From a virus (Duplodnaviria; Caudoviricetes): 36,111 nucleotides of DNA. Within the stretch, counting starts at the first letter, position 1. The number at the start of each line of letters is the position of its first letter. Both the position numbers and the translations under genes were made by a program. Location of the stretch: positions 1 to 36,111 of IMG/VR virus record IMGVR_UViG_3300032295_004003. One strand, 5' to 3'. A model generated the notes under the pieces. That model had not been told where the DNA came from. It saw only the letters and a program-made list of their open reading frames with translations, and did not search any database. Of the stretch, positions 35,276 to 36,111 are shown piece by piece.

Positions 35276-35698
35276 ATGTCATATTATGTAGCAGATAAAA
35301 AGAATATCATCAAGTTCGTAGCCGATCAACTTCGAGCTAACGTAACTCCTAATGTTTTTGAAACATTTAAGTGGTTAGATCAGATTAATGATTTTCCTAC
35401 TATTTGTTTACATATTGAAACAGATTATAAGTCTCACGCAGAATCATCTCCTAACGTAGTAGGAGGCGACTTTAATATGATCATTCGAGGTTATATTCAC
35501 TCTGAAGATGTAGTAGGAGCTGGTGATGATCTTATTCAACAAATAGAAGATACAATAAATTCTATTACTGCGGTAAACGCAATTCAGATAGATGATATAC
35601 ATATAAATTCAGTTGAACATGACGAAGGGTTATTTGAACCATATGGTACAGTTACAGTCAATGTGGATATTGCTTACAGACACGCTGATATTGCATAA
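35276..35698 (+). CDS. probable tail terminator/completion-like protein
   Basis: Acidic 140-aa protein with 'WLDQINDFPTICL', 'IIRGYIHSED', 'DEGLFEPYG'. Function inferred. Confidence 0.55.
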   Translation: MSYYVADKKNIIKFVADQLRANVTPNVFETFKWLDQINDFPTICLHIETDYKSHAESSPNVVGGDFNMIIRGYIHSEDVVGAGDDLIQQIEDTINSITAVNAIQIDDIHINSVEHDEGLFEPYGTVTVNVDIAYRHADIA

Positions 35699-35759
35699 AT
35701 TTTTTACAGCTATCCGTGGATTTCCAATAGGCGGTCCTCCTACGTAAGAGAGAAATATA

Positions 35760-36111
35760 ATGGCAACTACAAAAGATACAGAAAGAACTCCGGGAGGAGT
35801 AAAGTATCGTGGAGAAACATTTCCAGGATTTAATAAGCCAAAGCGTGCACCAGCAGACTCTGCAAAGAAGATGCGTGTGCTTGCTAAAAAGGGCGATGAA
35901 ATCAAGGTAGTCGAGTTTGGACAAAAAGGCTATGGCCACAACTATAGCGCTGAGGCTCGTGCAAACTATCTAGCTCGTTCCGGTGGAATACGTTCAGGTT
36001 CAGGATCACTTACAAAGAACGATAAGTTCTCAGCGAACTATTGGGCACGTAAGGTTCTATGGGCAGGTCCATCAGGATCAAAAGCTAATCCAAAGCCTGG
36101 AGGACCACGCA
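35760..36111 (+). CDS. basic hypothetical phage protein, runs off the right edge
   Basis: Not in the track. ATG at 35760 reads MATTKDTERTPGGVKYRGETFPGFNKPKR...KVVEFGQKGY...DKFSANYWARKVLW, open to the end of the window. Confidence 0.8.
   Translation, partial: MATTKDTERTPGGVKYRGETFPGFNKPKRAPADSAKKMRVLAKKGDEIKVVEFGQKGYGHNYSAEARANYLARSGGIRSGSGSLTKNDKFSANYWARKVLWAGPSGSKANPKPGGPR

Noticed and set aside
35028-35939. Minus-strand ORFs 35028-35261, 35630-35905 and 35658-35939
   Set aside because: Shadows of plus-strand genes, including the partial CDS starting at 35760.
1-36111. Stop-codon reassignment
   Set aside because: Recognisable genes are continuous and densely packed under the standard code, and TAA, TAG and TGA all act as stops.

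Overview
This is an AT-rich segment of a large dsDNA tailed-phage genome. The host is probably Gram-negative, given the spanins and an outer-membrane CsgG lipoprotein. From left to right it holds: (1) a leftward nucleotide-sugar operon (epimerase cut by the window edge, DegT); (2) small hypothetical genes, a DsbA-like protein, a zincless-finger Fpg/Nei, Hsp20 with a ROSE-like leader and a PD-(D/E)XK exonuclease; (3) a GH19 endolysin plus Rz/Rz1-type spanins; (4) a tightly coupled 6.4-kb cassette of two paralogous membrane proteins, a DUF4337-like protein, CsgF, CsgG, curlin-repeat proteins, a FecR protein with a curlin-like tail and a CHASE2 adenylate cyclase; (5) lipase, PhoH, deaminase, a sugar-modification cluster, glyA and a MazG-like gene; (6) an unusually RNA-rich right end. 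That end has a ~440-nt structured RNA, a ~340-nt structured RNA, a GOLLD-like giant RNA with an embedded degenerate tRNA, and a ~700-nt transcript carrying three covarying copies of an RNA motif I do not recognise plus a tRNA-like element. SAM decarboxylase, radical SAM and probable structural genes follow. The best candidates for new biology are the curli-pore/FecR/CHASE2-cyclase trans-envelope signalling cassette and the ncRNA cluster with its triplicated G-loop motif. All family assignments come from recognising motifs by eye; no database search was run.
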